From assembly GCA_965215885.1 (NCBI GenBank), contig CBDCEW010000098.1:32001-96000 (forward strand): a stretch of DNA of 64,000 nucleotides. The letters are read 5' to 3'. Below, piece by piece: positions 20,581-30,810 of this stretch. Source of the stretch: Candidatus Moanibacter sp. Its GTDB lineage: Bacteria > Verrucomicrobiota > Verrucomicrobiia > Opitutales > UBA2987. Under the pieces are notes generated by a model. It had not been told where the DNA came from. It made no database searches and was given only the letters and a program-made list of their open reading frames with translations. Position 1 is the first letter of the stretch; each line of letters opens with the position of its first letter. Both the position numbers and the translations under genes were made by a program.

Positions 20581-22416
20581 TCAAAATGCCAGATCTGGTA
20601 GCATAAAAAACGGCAGGCGAGCGTAGACACCCCTCGGATCGTTGAGAGCACGCAGGAAAGGCAATTCTCTTTCTACTCTCAGTAGCCTTTCCACCAAAGA
20701 TTCGGATTCCTGGATGAGGGGCGGACGCTTACCTCCTCCAAGGATGACCGCCAGCCATTTTGAAAGGTCGGCCGACTCCGGGACCTCCACGATACTCCAG
20801 TCTTCTTTCAACCCACCGAGTTCGGCAGCTTCTTTGATGGCCGTTCCCAACCCACCAATTCTGTCGACTAACCCAACCTTTATGGCATCCGCACCTGTCC
20901 AGACCCGGCCTTGAGCGATCTGCTCTACTTCGAGTCGGGAAAGATCTCTACCCTTCTCCACTCTTGTGAGAAACTGTTCGTAGATAAATTCAGTAAAATC
21001 CTGGAAAAGCTCCATCTCACGCGATGTCTTAGGCCTGGTGATGCTGAAGATATCAGCGAAAGGAGATGTCTTCACCCCATCAAATGTCACTCCATGTGCT
21101 TTGGCTATCTCTTTGACGTTTGGCGCAATTCCGAACACTCCAATGGACCCTGTGATAGTAGCCGATTCCGCAAAAATGGTGTCGGCATAGGCCGATATCC
21201 AATAACCACCCGAAGCAGCGTAACCGCCCATCGACACAACGACCGGCTTCTCACTTTTAAGGAGGCGCACTTCCCTTTCAATGGTTTCGGTGGCAATGAC
21301 ACTTCCTCCTGGACTGTTCACACGTAAGACGACCGCCTTGACCTTGTCGTCGTTTCGCAATCGTCGCAGTGTTCGTGAGAAGCGGTTGCCTCCAACCTGA
21401 TCGTGCTCGCCCTCACCATCTACAATCTCACCTTCCAGGTAGACGACCGCGACTTTCTGCTTTCCGTCCCCACTTATCTTGCTAAAGATAGAATTCTCTT
21501 CTCTGGAATACTGAGACATTTCAATTTGGGCAAATCCCTCCGCATCTTCTTCAAGCGGACCGAGTTCGCTCAGTTCTTCGAGGACTTCGTCGAAATAGGC
21601 CAACCTGTCTACGAGACCGAATTGAACCGCCTGTTTTGCCTGGAAAATCCCGTACTCATCAGTCAATTCGTCCAGAGTTTCCCTGGCTATCTTTCTGTCT
21701 TTCGCGATATCTTCAAGAATCGTTGACCAGATCCCTTCGAGCCACACGGAAGTCTGGCGACGATTCTCATCGCTCATCCTGTCGCGTGTAAAAACCTCCC
21801 CGTAGGACTTGTACTTGCCGGCCTGAAAGATCTGCACGCCGATGCCATATTTCTCAAAAGCGTTTCCCAGGAATAAGAGATTAGCGGCCAGCCCATTAAT
21901 TCGTAGAAAACCAAACGGATTCAAGATGATTGAGTCCGCTGCCGAGGACAGATAGTAATCGCGTATGGTCGGCCCCACCAGGTATGCAACTACCGGCTTC
22001 CCCTGCTCCCTGAAACGCAAAATGGTTTCACGCAATTCAATTAGATTTGCGAAGTTAGAACCATAATTGAATGGCTTCAGGCTACCATGCAGGAAGAGAG
22101 CCGATATTCGGTCATCTCTGCCTGCCCGATCGATTGCATCGAGGGCTGCCTTAAGATTCAATTGGTGGGAGGGAGAACCTGAATAGGGTTGCCCCAGATA
22201 CCTCCACGGGGAGTGCGAACCGGGCGCATCCGATATATTGAGGGATAGATCGAAAACGAGCACGGAGTCATCTTTTAGGTCGACTTTCTGCCGGCCGAAT
22301 ATCACTCCAAATCCGAGAAACAAAATCAGGAGAAGGACGGAAAAAGCAAGGTAGGCCAAACATAAGGCACCGAATTGCTTGAACGCAACTTTGAGGAAAT
22401 CTTTCATAGCGCACAT
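20581..22416 (-). CDS. sppA: Signal peptide peptidase SppA, 67-kDa type
   Basis: GKYKS, LRVNSPGGS, AASGGYWIS, TGSIGVFG and QGRVWTG motifs. Confidence 0.95.
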   Translation of the reverse strand: MCAMKDFLKVAFKQFGALCLAYLAFSVLLLILFLGFGVIFGRQKVDLKDDSVLVFDLSLNISDAPGSHSPWRYLGQPYSGSPSHQLNLKAALDAIDRAGRDDRISALFLHGSLKPFNYGSNFANLIELRETILRFREQGKPVVAYLVGPTIRDYYLSSAADSIILNPFGFLRINGLAANLLFLGNAFEKYGIGVQIFQAGKYKSYGEVFTRDRMSDENRRQTSVWLEGIWSTILEDIAKDRKIARETLDELTDEYGIFQAKQAVQFGLVDRLAYFDEVLEELSELGPLEEDAEGFAQIEMSQYSREENSIFSKISGDGKQKVAVVYLEGEIVDGEGEHDQVGGNRFSRTLRRLRNDDKVKAVVLRVNSPGGSVIATETIEREVRLLKSEKPVVVSMGGYAASGGYWISAYADTIFAESATITGSIGVFGIAPNVKEIAKAHGVTFDGVKTSPFADIFSITRPKTSREMELFQDFTEFIYEQFLTRVEKGRDLSRLEVEQIAQGRVWTGADAIKVGLVDRIGGLGTAIKEAAELGGLKEDWSIVEVPESADLSKWLAVILGGGKRPPLIQESESLVERLLRVERELPFLRALNDPRGVYARLPFFMLPDLAF

Positions 22417-22543
22417 GGATTAACTGCGATACTGAAAAGGACAAGCACTATAAATCTCGCTTGTCTTGAGTCTCTTTCTCCTAGTATATATCACGAGAGA
22501 TGGAATGCAGCCATAGACCCAACAGAACTCGCTTTGAGGCTTC

Positions 22544-23263
22544 ATGAGGAGTAGCGCTAAAGTAATTCTTGCTCTAGTTCTGATCGCGGCCGCATCCTCG
22601 GGATTGTATATCTGGCAGTCGGGCCGCCATCAGAAAGCACTCGATCGTGAACGCGTCCAGTCGGAAGAGTGGGAACGCCAACTGGAGCGAGCTGCAAACG
22701 AAAATGCCGATTTACTTGAGAAAGCGGAACGCAATGTCGAACGCGAAGCGGAGGCTCGGCGTCAGGCTGAAGATGCCAGACGGATGGCTGAACTTAAGGC
22801 GAAGGAGGAAGAAGAAAGGCGCCAGAAACGCATCACCGAGCTCAATGAACGATTAATTGAGGAAGCGGACGAGCGGCGAAAAGCGGAAGCTTCCCTGGTA
22901 GAACTGGCGGAAAAGATGAAGGCCCTGGAGGCGGCTCAGATAGAAGCGCAAGAGAAACTATCGATGCTGGCGGAAGCTTATGAAGGGGGAGAAGATATTG
23001 CCGGTTCCTTGGAGCAGTTGGAACGCATACGCGAAGAACTGAAAAACAAGGAGCAAGTCCTTGCGCAGATGGCTTCGGACAAGCGGGAATTGGAAGAGCG
23101 CTACGAAGAGGCCTTGCAACGCCAAGTCGCAACCGGGGAGGAAATCATCCGTGAAAGCAGCAAAGGCGATCGTCCGGCCGACCTGCTTTCTCTCATTCGT
23201 GCTTTGCTTGAGGCTCTTGGAATTAAGAAGGGTAATAAGAAGCCCAACGAGAATATTCGATGA
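22544..23263 (+). CDS. Membrane-anchored coiled-coil protein
   Basis: N-terminal TM/signal segment followed by long E/R/K/A-rich heptads. Confidence 0.8.
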   Translation: MRSSAKVILALVLIAAASSGLYIWQSGRHQKALDRERVQSEEWERQLERAANENADLLEKAERNVEREAEARRQAEDARRMAELKAKEEEERRQKRITELNERLIEEADERRKAEASLVELAEKMKALEAAQIEAQEKLSMLAEAYEGGEDIAGSLEQLERIREELKNKEQVLAQMASDKRELEERYEEALQRQVATGEEIIRESSKGDRPADLLSLIRALLEALGIKKGNKKPNENIR

Positions 23264-23507
23264 GGAAAATGCGAAACGGAGTACCAACAAAGCCGATTTG
23301 ATGCTTCCCCAAAACGTCTACAATCTGTTCCCGCCGAGCGGGACGAGGAAGAATGACGAAGCAATCCACGCTTTCGACACTCCAAGAATCCCGATTGCCA
23401 CTTCCACCGCATCGAGTTCACAGGGATAAGGGAGTAGTGACGCAGAGGTACTCATGATGGATGCGTTGGAGGGAAAGTCCGATATATTGACGGTTTGATG
23501 CTCGAGT

Positions 23508-24647
23508 ATGGGATTGAAGTTAGATTCTCGGCTTTCTTACGGTAACGCGCGCCGTATATCGATTACGGATCGTAGCGAACAACCAGAAGTAGCCTTTGCC
23601 GCTGAACCTCACCGAGGTCCGGAATGCCTCTGGTTCTGTTTTCGTCTCGTTCATACTTCCACGGAATCGGATAAGGCCCGGAAAGTAAAACTGGTCCTGA
23701 AATACTTCCAAAATCTTACGGGAAGCGATGATCCTCGGACGTGCCGGCCTGTCCTCAGAAACTCGGATCAAAACTGGATGCGCATGAAACCGGGGAAGTT
23801 GGAAATCGGGCCTGATGGACAGGTTAGTGTTACGTGGTCGATCGATTACCCGACGAAGTATACCGATATCGCTTTCTGTTATCCCTACGGTCGTCAGGAA
23901 GTTGAAAATCTGTGGAAGAAATCCCGTAAATATTGGCGATCGGACACCATCGGTTTGAGCCAGAAAGGGCGTCCTCTGGATCGCCTGAGTAACGATTATG
24001 GTGGAGCCGATTGCGAACGGCCCGGCCTCTACTTAATCGCGAGGCAGGATCCAGGAGAGACTCCTGGATCCTGGGTGTTGGATGGGATTCTTCAACAGTT
24101 GATGCGCGTTAGGAACAACCCCTGTCTGGTATGGGCACTGCCTCTGGCCGATATCGACGGTATTCTCTCCGGGGACTATGGAAGAGGTGGGGATCAATAC
24201 GAAATGAGTAATTCCTGGCGCCTACCGGCGAAACGTCACGAAACACGAGTATATCAGCAAGACATAGAGCGCTGGAAAGCTCGCTGCAAACCCCTTTTAG
24301 CGATCGATTTTCAGGCGCCAGGAGCTTGTGAAACAGAAGGTGTCCACTGCCGGATAAAGCGTGCGCAAGACAATCCCAAATCAGATAAGACTGCCCACAA
24401 ATGGGCAAATATCTTCAAAGATGCACTGTTACCGGAGTTTGCCGCCGCCGATTTTGAGAGAGTGCCTTCTGAGGAGACCTCATCCCAAGCTTCCGATTTT
24501 GCCTCCTTTTTTAATCAGAGGCTGGGAATATGCGCCCTTACGATTATGGTTCCGTATGCCATCGCGGGCACCCACCTGCTGACCTGTAAGAGCTATCGCG
24601 AAGTGGGCAAGTCAATCGCCAACGCCATCATCAAACGAGTGCGTTAG
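23508..24647 (+). CDS. M14 carboxypeptidase-fold protein with degenerate zinc ligands
   Basis: WFCFRL, AFCYPY and GLSQKGRPL are M14-like, but ARQDPGE replaces ARQHxGE and DFQ replaces DxH. Confidence 0.75.
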   Translation: MGLKLDSRLSYGNARRISITDRSEQPEVAFAAEPHRGPECLWFCFRLVHTSTESDKARKVKLVLKYFQNLTGSDDPRTCRPVLRNSDQNWMRMKPGKLEIGPDGQVSVTWSIDYPTKYTDIAFCYPYGRQEVENLWKKSRKYWRSDTIGLSQKGRPLDRLSNDYGGADCERPGLYLIARQDPGETPGSWVLDGILQQLMRVRNNPCLVWALPLADIDGILSGDYGRGGDQYEMSNSWRLPAKRHETRVYQQDIERWKARCKPLLAIDFQAPGACETEGVHCRIKRAQDNPKSDKTAHKWANIFKDALLPEFAAADFERVPSEETSSQASDFASFFNQRLGICALTIMVPYAIAGTHLLTCKSYREVGKSIANAIIKRVR

Positions 24648-24798
24648 GGTGACATGGTCAATTCGCGACTGGGAAAGGATTCTGAACAGAAGGAAACAGA
24701 GGGAAACGGAGAAGAGAGGAAGTATTTTCTGAGAAAATCTGAAAGATAGGGGCGCCTCTTCAAGCTGAAATCCCGGACGAGGCTTATGGGCAGGTGCT

Positions 24799-25035
24799 TG
24801 TTTAGCGTTTCTGAGGCTGCCCCGGTCTTGTGCCGGGGTGGCGCACGGTATACAGCTACAATACGCGATTGCCACCGCGCACTCCTCCGCCGGTCCTTTC
24901 TTGCCCTAGCCGAAACAGGGCTAGGGCAAGAAAGGACCGGCGGAGGAGTTGATAGAGGTACACGGTTTATAGCAGGGAACGCGCACCACCCCGGCACAAG
25001 ACCGGGGCAGCCGGCAATCAAAGGCACGCTAAACA
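24799..25035. mobile_element. Palindromic MITE-like repeat of about 235 bp, copy 1 (copy 2 at 58116-58350)
   Basis: Ends TGTTTAGCGT/ACGCTAAACA; internal 25-bp IR CTGCCCCGGTCTTGTGCCGGGGTGG; a near-identical copy at 58116. Confidence 0.85.
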
Positions 25036-25069
25036 CGTCCGAAGCTTTAGCAAAGGAGCACTTCCATCT

Positions 25070-26586
25070 ATGAAGACCGAATACGACGTGATCATAATGG
25101 GCGGCGGTGGGAGCGGTCTGGCCGCCGCGGTAAGCGCAGCTGAAGAGGGGCTGAGTGTGCTTCTCCTGGAGAAGCTTTCGGTCCTCGGTGGCACTACGGG
25201 AATTGCTGTAGGATCCTTTACAGCCAGCCGGACATCCCTGCAGCGCCGGCAAAAGATCGAGGACAGTCCGGCCGAGCACATCGAGGATGCCGGAAAGTTC
25301 GCTGATTGGGAAACCGAAGGAAAAAATAATGCGCCGCTGCGAAGCTACTTTCTCTCTCAGGCCGCGGATACTTATGAATGGCTCGTTGGGATGGGTTTGT
25401 CGTTTCACGGTCCAAGTCCCGAACCTCCGAATCGTGTGCCCCGTATGCATAACGTCGTACCGAATGCCAAGGCCTACATCGCTATCCTGCAGAGGAGATT
25501 TCTCGCACTGAACGGAACCATTTACTGCAATGCCAACGTAAAGAGCCTCCATCGGGAGCGCGAAAGGGTAGTTGAACTGGAGGTCGAGATGGCGAGCGAG
25601 ACAGTCCGATTCAGGGCTAAACGCGGCATCGTTCTGGCGGCGGGAGATTATGCCAATTCAAAGTCTCTCATCGCCAGTCACAAGGGGGAAGAATTCGCCG
25701 ACATTGAAGGTATCAATCCCCACTCCAGGGGCGACGGTCACCGCTTAGTGGATGCCGTCGGCGGCCGGTTGATCAACATGGAAGTAACCTGGGGACCGGA
25801 GATACGTTTTGTGCCTCCGGAAAAAAACCTTTTGTACAGCTTCTTCCCACCCACGGTCTCGCCGCGAGAATGACCGGGCTGCTTCTTCCCCTGGTTCCCA
25901 AGCTGCTCATCGATTATATCATAAAGCGATTACTCGTAACATGGCAGCACCCCGAAGAATCGCTATTTAAAGATGGGGCGATTCTGATAAATGCGGAAGG
26001 CAACAGATTCTGCAATGAGCGGGAGTTTCCTAAACGCGAAATTACTCTCGCCAGGCAACCCGGCAGGATCGCCTATATTCTCCTGGATAAGCGATTGATC
26101 GAGCGTTACTCCGAATGGCCTCACTATATTTCCACTGCTCCCGAAATCGCGTATGCCTACGTGGATGATTATCTTCGCTTGAGAAGAGACGTGACCCACT
26201 CAGGGGACAGTCTCGCTGAAATCGCTCGTCTCAGAAAGATGCCGGTTGAAAACCTGATCGCAACCGTCGATGCCTTCAATGATGCTGTTGGGAATGAAAC
26301 GCCCGATCGATTCGAACGTTCAGGCGATGAATATCCGCTCGAAGGCGACAGATGGGTATTATTGGGGCCTGCCAAGGCCTATTTCACTATCACTGAAGGC
26401 GGTGCAAGTATTAATGAAAATATGCAGGTTCTTGACAATTCCGGGAGTCCTATCGGAGGGCTTTATGCAGTCGGCTGTAATGGATTGGGAGGACAGATCC
26501 TCTTTGGTCACGGTTTGCACATCGCGTGGGCAATGACGAGCGGGCGCCTGGTGGGAAAAGTTCTTGCCGATGAGGAAGACGGGTAG
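25070..26586 (+). pseudogene. FAD-binding oxidoreductase (FrdA/flavocytochrome c/KstD-like), split by a -1 frameshift at 25821-25827
   Basis: N-terminal GGGGSGLAAA and GGTTG; C-terminal INAEGNRFCNE, TITEGG, GLYAVG and GHGLHIAWAMTSG. One extra A in the A7 run fuses 25070..25873 and 25870..26586 via PEKKPFVQLLPTHGLAARMTG. Confidence 0.8.
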
Positions 26587-26895
26587 CCCCCATATTGCAG
26601 GAGGTCTCTCGTCTTCCATCCCCCACGCTTGCTGTTGGGTCAGTTGAGGATTCGGGCTACACCAAATGACATTGAACTTCAACGAATCCCCCGGGCTCGC
26701 CCCGGGGATCGTTAGGTTTCCAAGCCACTGCAGAGCAGCCAGGCACATTTTATTTACTGTAAGATGATTAGAAAATGAGAGCGATGACTAAACCCATTGA
26801 AACAGGGAGCGAAGGAGCGGGATCGGTTGACTGTCGAGTCCTGATGAGAAGTTGACACAAACTAATGGGATTCGGGTGTCGGAATTCAGGTTTCA

Positions 26896-27140
26896 ACATC
26901 GTCGTAAGCCTCGTCGTCAGCTTTGTCGAGATCAATCTAACCGATCTCCTGACCCTTGGTCGTAGGCTTGGTCGGGGAAGGATCGACTGAAAAGTACGAC
27001 GAAGTTGACGACGAAGGTTTCCTTGCGGGTGGAGGAAGCGCTCCCAAACTTAACCGTAAGCTTCGGCGTAAGCTTAGTCGAGCGAATGACCGGAAAGTAC
27101 GACGAAGTTTACGACAAAGCTCGCGACAAAGTTTAGAACA
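26896..27140. repeat. 12-bp periodic CGACRAAG-N4 mosaic repeat, including one unit of the 116-bp family
   Basis: CGACGAAGTTGA-CGACGAAG... and the CTTAGTCGAGCGAATGACCGGAAAGTACGACGAAGTT block, also present at 28035-28071. Confidence 0.75.
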
Positions 27141-27724
27141 TCGAAGACCGAAGGTTCCCCTATTTCGATGTTGAATGTTCGACGTTCGCAATCGTAATTT
27201 CACACTGACATCGTCCAGCTATGGCATCTCTGTGTGTCTCCCTACTACAATCAGACAATTTCTTGTTTTCTAAGCAAGGTTTGGAGAAGAAGAGACTGAT
27301 ATTCAATGTATTGTGATCGACAAGGTTCGGGACGAGGTTACTACGTAAATCGGAGCCACCTTCTCAATTCGATCAAATAGGTCTTCAATGTAATCGGATT
27401 CGGCACGCTAACCGCAGGCTCGCTCGGAATTCAGCGGAGCAAACCTCGTCCCGAACCTTGTCCGTTTGGTTACGGCTTCGCTGCGCTAAGCATGATTGTG
27501 GTTCCCATCGAGCGTCATAGCCGCCAACCGCGCTCGGGTATCTGGTGGGACGTCTTCGGCGCCGAGGTGACGCACAACGACACGACCAGGAAGCTGGTGG
27601 ATGAGCACGAGGAAGGGCGGCAGGGACAACGTCTGTATTGGTAACCTGAAGGCACGACCGAGCAAGAGTGACATTTCATCGACCTACAGTGTTTGCTCGC
27701 TGTTCCTCCAGTCCGATGTCAGGT

Positions 27725-28154
27725 CACGACAAAGCTCGCGACGAAGCTTACGACAATGGTTCCCTTACGGGTGGAGGAAGCTCTCTCCAATCTTTGTCGC
27801 GAGCCTCGTCGTAAGCCTAATCGAATGAGCGACCGAATTCCACGACAAAGCTCGCGACGAAGCTTACGACAATGGTTCCCTTCCGGGTGGAGGAAGTTCC
27901 CTCCAAACTTTGTCGCGAGCCTCGTCGGAAGCCTAATCGAAAGAGCGACCGAATTTCACGACAAAGCTCGCGACGAAGCTGACGACAAAGGGCCCATACG
28001 GGTAGAAAAAGTTCCCACCAAACTTAATCGTAAGCTTAGTCGAGCGAATGACCGGAAAGTACGACGAAGTTGACGACAAAGCTCGCGACAAAGTTTACGA
28101 CGAAGGTTCCCTGACGGGTGGAGAAACTCCCACCAAACTTAATCGTAAGCTTCG
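27725..28154. repeat. Tandem array of about 3.7 x 116-bp BIME-like units
   Basis: Units start with CACGACAAAGCTCGCGACGAAG at 27725, 27841 and 27957, plus a variant near 28072. Each has direct 12-mers followed by inverted 12-mers. Confidence 0.9.
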
Positions 28155-28166
28155 TCCCGCTCAGCG

Positions 28167-29772
28167 CATACGCGTAAACCTTATTTTCGCAACTTAGTCA
28201 GATTCAAAAACTTGCGAGGTATTTTGCGGCGGAGTATGAGGGTGTCTCTATCCTCGAGGTTCCACTCCATTTGTTCGCCCTTTTCTATTTGCTTCGTTTC
28301 GACCACAGCGGTGAGGAAATTCGCAGTTGAGCGAGTGCATTTTGGCCGGGTTATCTTCTCTACTTTTACCGTCTACCCCATTTTTTTTCACTTTGGCAGC
28401 ATTTTATACTGTACATTCGTTCATATATAGGATTTATCCTTCGGATGCAAAGTATAAAAAAAGCTGATTGTATCCGTCAAACCTTCCGTAAGTTGAACCT
28501 CACAGCCCTCGCTAAACAGAGTGGTTTTAGAGAGAGGAAATCGCGCAAGATCTCCCCTCTGAACTTTGTTTTGGCTTTGCTGGCGATGGCTTCTAAGGGG
28601 GCCTTGTCCCTTGGCAAAGAAGCCGAGCTTATTGGATTCTTAGCCAACCGCACCATTTCCAGACAAGCGGTCCAAAAGTGCGCCAAAAAAGCCACCGCTT
28701 TTATGACCTTAGTGCTCCTGAGGCTTTTAGAACTTAAAGCTTATGGGCCTGTGGGCAGAGCTGTTCCAAATTGCATGAGGAGCTTTGAACGGGTTCTCAT
28801 TGCCGACAGCACTTCGATTGGCTTGCCTAAGGTCCTGGCCCCCTTCTTCCCCGGAGCGTCCAATCAGACAGGCTCCAAACAGGCTCAACTGAAGATTCAG
28901 GCCTATTACGATCTGCGCAATGAATCCTTCGTTGACTTCAGCCTCAGTAGCTTCCGAAAAAACGATCAGGCTGCTTCCAAAGACATTCTCGCTCTCGCTC
29001 AACCCAACGACTTGATCCTGCGCGACTTAGGCTATTTTGTCCTCGATGTCTTTAAGCAACTCGATCAGCGCGGCTGCTTCTTTGTGAGTCGTTTGAAAAC
29101 CGGCACTTGCCTTTTAGCCAACGAAGGCGATGAAGAGCTCGATCTACGCAAACTTTTACGTGGCCAAAAGCTTCTCGATATGCCCGTTCGGGTGGGTAAA
29201 AAAGCCAAGCTTCCGGTTCGTCTGATCGCCGTCAAACTCCCTCAGAAGGTGGCCCATAAACGCCGCCGCGAGCATAGACAAAACCGCGACAATAGACTTC
29301 GATATACCAGCCGCACCAGCTTCCTTCTCGGTTTCCAAATCTTTATTACAAACCTCCATCAGAAAGACTTTAGCCCTAAGCAGATTCTGAGCTTTTACGG
29401 GCTTCGCTGGCGCATCGAAATTTTCTTTAAGGCCTTTAAGCAACATCTTAATCTCGGTCAGGTCAAAGAGACTACTCCCTACCAGGTTGAGCTTCTTATC
29501 TACGCCCGTCTCATCCTCATTACCCACTTACTCAACTTCGTCTATGGTCCCCTTAGACACTATTCGAATACCAGTTTGTCCTCTCCTCTGAGTATCCTTA
29601 AATTCTCCTACTGGTTTGGCTTCTTTGCTCCCTACTTCTTCATCCTCTCTCACATTCCCAAAGATCAGATCATCCCCCGATGGCTCAAACAAATCCCCAA
29701 ACACTGCACCTATGAAAAGCGTTCTCGACTTGATTTCCTCTCTTGTTTCTTCTCCTTAGGTTAACGCAAATG
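28167..29772 (+). mobile_element. IS4-family insertion sequence (1606 bp) with a 9-bp TSD CGCTCAGCG
   Basis: Imperfect TIRs CATACGCGTAAACCTTA / CATTTGCGTTAACCTAA; TSD at 28158-28166 and 29773-29781. Confidence 0.9.
28445..29764 (+). CDS. IS4-family DDE transposase
   Basis: IADSTSI (D), LRDLGYF (D) and YGLRWRIEIFFKAFK (YREK motif). The stop codon lies in the right TIR. Confidence 0.95.
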   Translation: MQSIKKADCIRQTFRKLNLTALAKQSGFRERKSRKISPLNFVLALLAMASKGALSLGKEAELIGFLANRTISRQAVQKCAKKATAFMTLVLLRLLELKAYGPVGRAVPNCMRSFERVLIADSTSIGLPKVLAPFFPGASNQTGSKQAQLKIQAYYDLRNESFVDFSLSSFRKNDQAASKDILALAQPNDLILRDLGYFVLDVFKQLDQRGCFFVSRLKTGTCLLANEGDEELDLRKLLRGQKLLDMPVRVGKKAKLPVRLIAVKLPQKVAHKRRREHRQNRDNRLRYTSRTSFLLGFQIFITNLHQKDFSPKQILSFYGLRWRIEIFFKAFKQHLNLGQVKETTPYQVELLIYARLILITHLLNFVYGPLRHYSNTSLSSPLSILKFSYWFGFFAPYFFILSHIPKDQIIPRWLKQIPKHCTYEKRSRLDFLSCFFSLG

Positions 29773-29844
29773 CGCTCAGCGGGATTGCGGCCGAAGGCTA
29801 CCTTAGGTTCATGGCGAAGAAATGGTTGAGAATTTGGCGAGAGG

Positions 29845-30810
29845 ATGTTTACTAATGTCATTCCCAACGAAATGAACCAGGGCTTGAAATTCTCCGGCGC
29901 TATTCCGGCCAATCTCCTCCCCTTCAAAGAGGATTACTCGATCGATGAGCACAACTATCGCAGGCATCTCTCCTGGTTGGCGACGGTGGAAGGAGTGGAT
30001 GCCATTGTATGCAACGGTCATGCCGCGGAAGTCTCCTCGCTGAATTTGAACGAGCGGCGTGAAGCTCTCGCGTTGGCCCTGGAGGAAGTCGGTGACCGCG
30101 TATCGGTCATTTGCGGCATCTTCACCGACAATACACTGGAGGCAGCCAAAATGGCTAAAGAAGCGGAGTCCGAAGGCGCTTCCGGACTGCTTATTTTTCC
30201 CCCTACCCTCTTTATGTGGGGCGCCCAACTGCGGCCCGAAATGCCGTTGATTCATTTCCAGACAATCTCCCAGGCAACCTCTCTGCCTTTAATCGTTTTC
30301 GAGTACCCCCCTTCTTCGGGATTGGGTTACAAACCGGAGACTCTTGCACAATTAGCGGAGATTGAAAATGTCGTGGCTGTCAAGGATTGGAGTAATGACA
30401 TGGTCGCCTACGAACGCAACCTGCGCGCCCTGCGGGCTACCGGCCTTCCCGTGGCTATGCTGAGCAGTTTCACTATGTCTCTCTTTTCGAGTTATGTGCT
30501 CGGTGCGGATGGGTCCATATCCGGGATGGGGAGTGTCACCGCCGACCTCCATGTTGAGTTATTTGAGGCGGTTCAGGCGGAAGATCTCGAAAGAGGGCTC
30601 GCGCTCAACGATCGCCTGGATCCCCTCGTTCGTGTATTTTACGCTCCACCTTTCGTAGATATGCACAACCGCATGAAGGAAGCCCTTGCTCTCCTCGGCA
30701 GAATCGATAACGCGGTTGTCCGCCCTCCCCTCCGGAAAATCGGCGAAGCCGAAAGAGAAGGGATAAGAAGAGCCCTGATCGAGGCCCGGCTTCTTGACTC
30801 GGCTGTTTGA
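29845..30810 (+). CDS. DapA/NanA class I aldolase family protein (start possibly 29872)
   Basis: GAIPANLLPF, NGHAAE (in place of GTTGE), FEYP and AVKDWS (Schiff-base Lys). Confidence 0.85.
   Translation: MFTNVIPNEMNQGLKFSGAIPANLLPFKEDYSIDEHNYRRHLSWLATVEGVDAIVCNGHAAEVSSLNLNERREALALALEEVGDRVSVICGIFTDNTLEAAKMAKEAESEGASGLLIFPPTLFMWGAQLRPEMPLIHFQTISQATSLPLIVFEYPPSSGLGYKPETLAQLAEIENVVAVKDWSNDMVAYERNLRALRATGLPVAMLSSFTMSLFSSYVLGADGSISGMGSVTADLHVELFEAVQAEDLERGLALNDRLDPLVRVFYAPPFVDMHNRMKEALALLGRIDNAVVRPPLRKIGEAEREGIRRALIEARLLDSAV

Noticed and set aside
24644..25552. 302-aa minus-strand ORF, and similar long shadow ORFs at 40863-41804, 50864-51634 and 55636-56613
   Set aside because: They are antisense to well-supported genes or run through repeats, and show no recognisable motifs.
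27486..27720. Gene fragment between the repeat blocks
   Set aside because: A short plus-strand frame (…WDVFGAEVTHNDTTRKLVDEHEEGRQGQRLYW*) looks protein-like but could not be assigned to a family.
27725..28154. CRISPR array
   Set aside because: The segments between repeats are homologous to each other rather than unique spacers, the period is 116 bp and there are no cas genes in the window.
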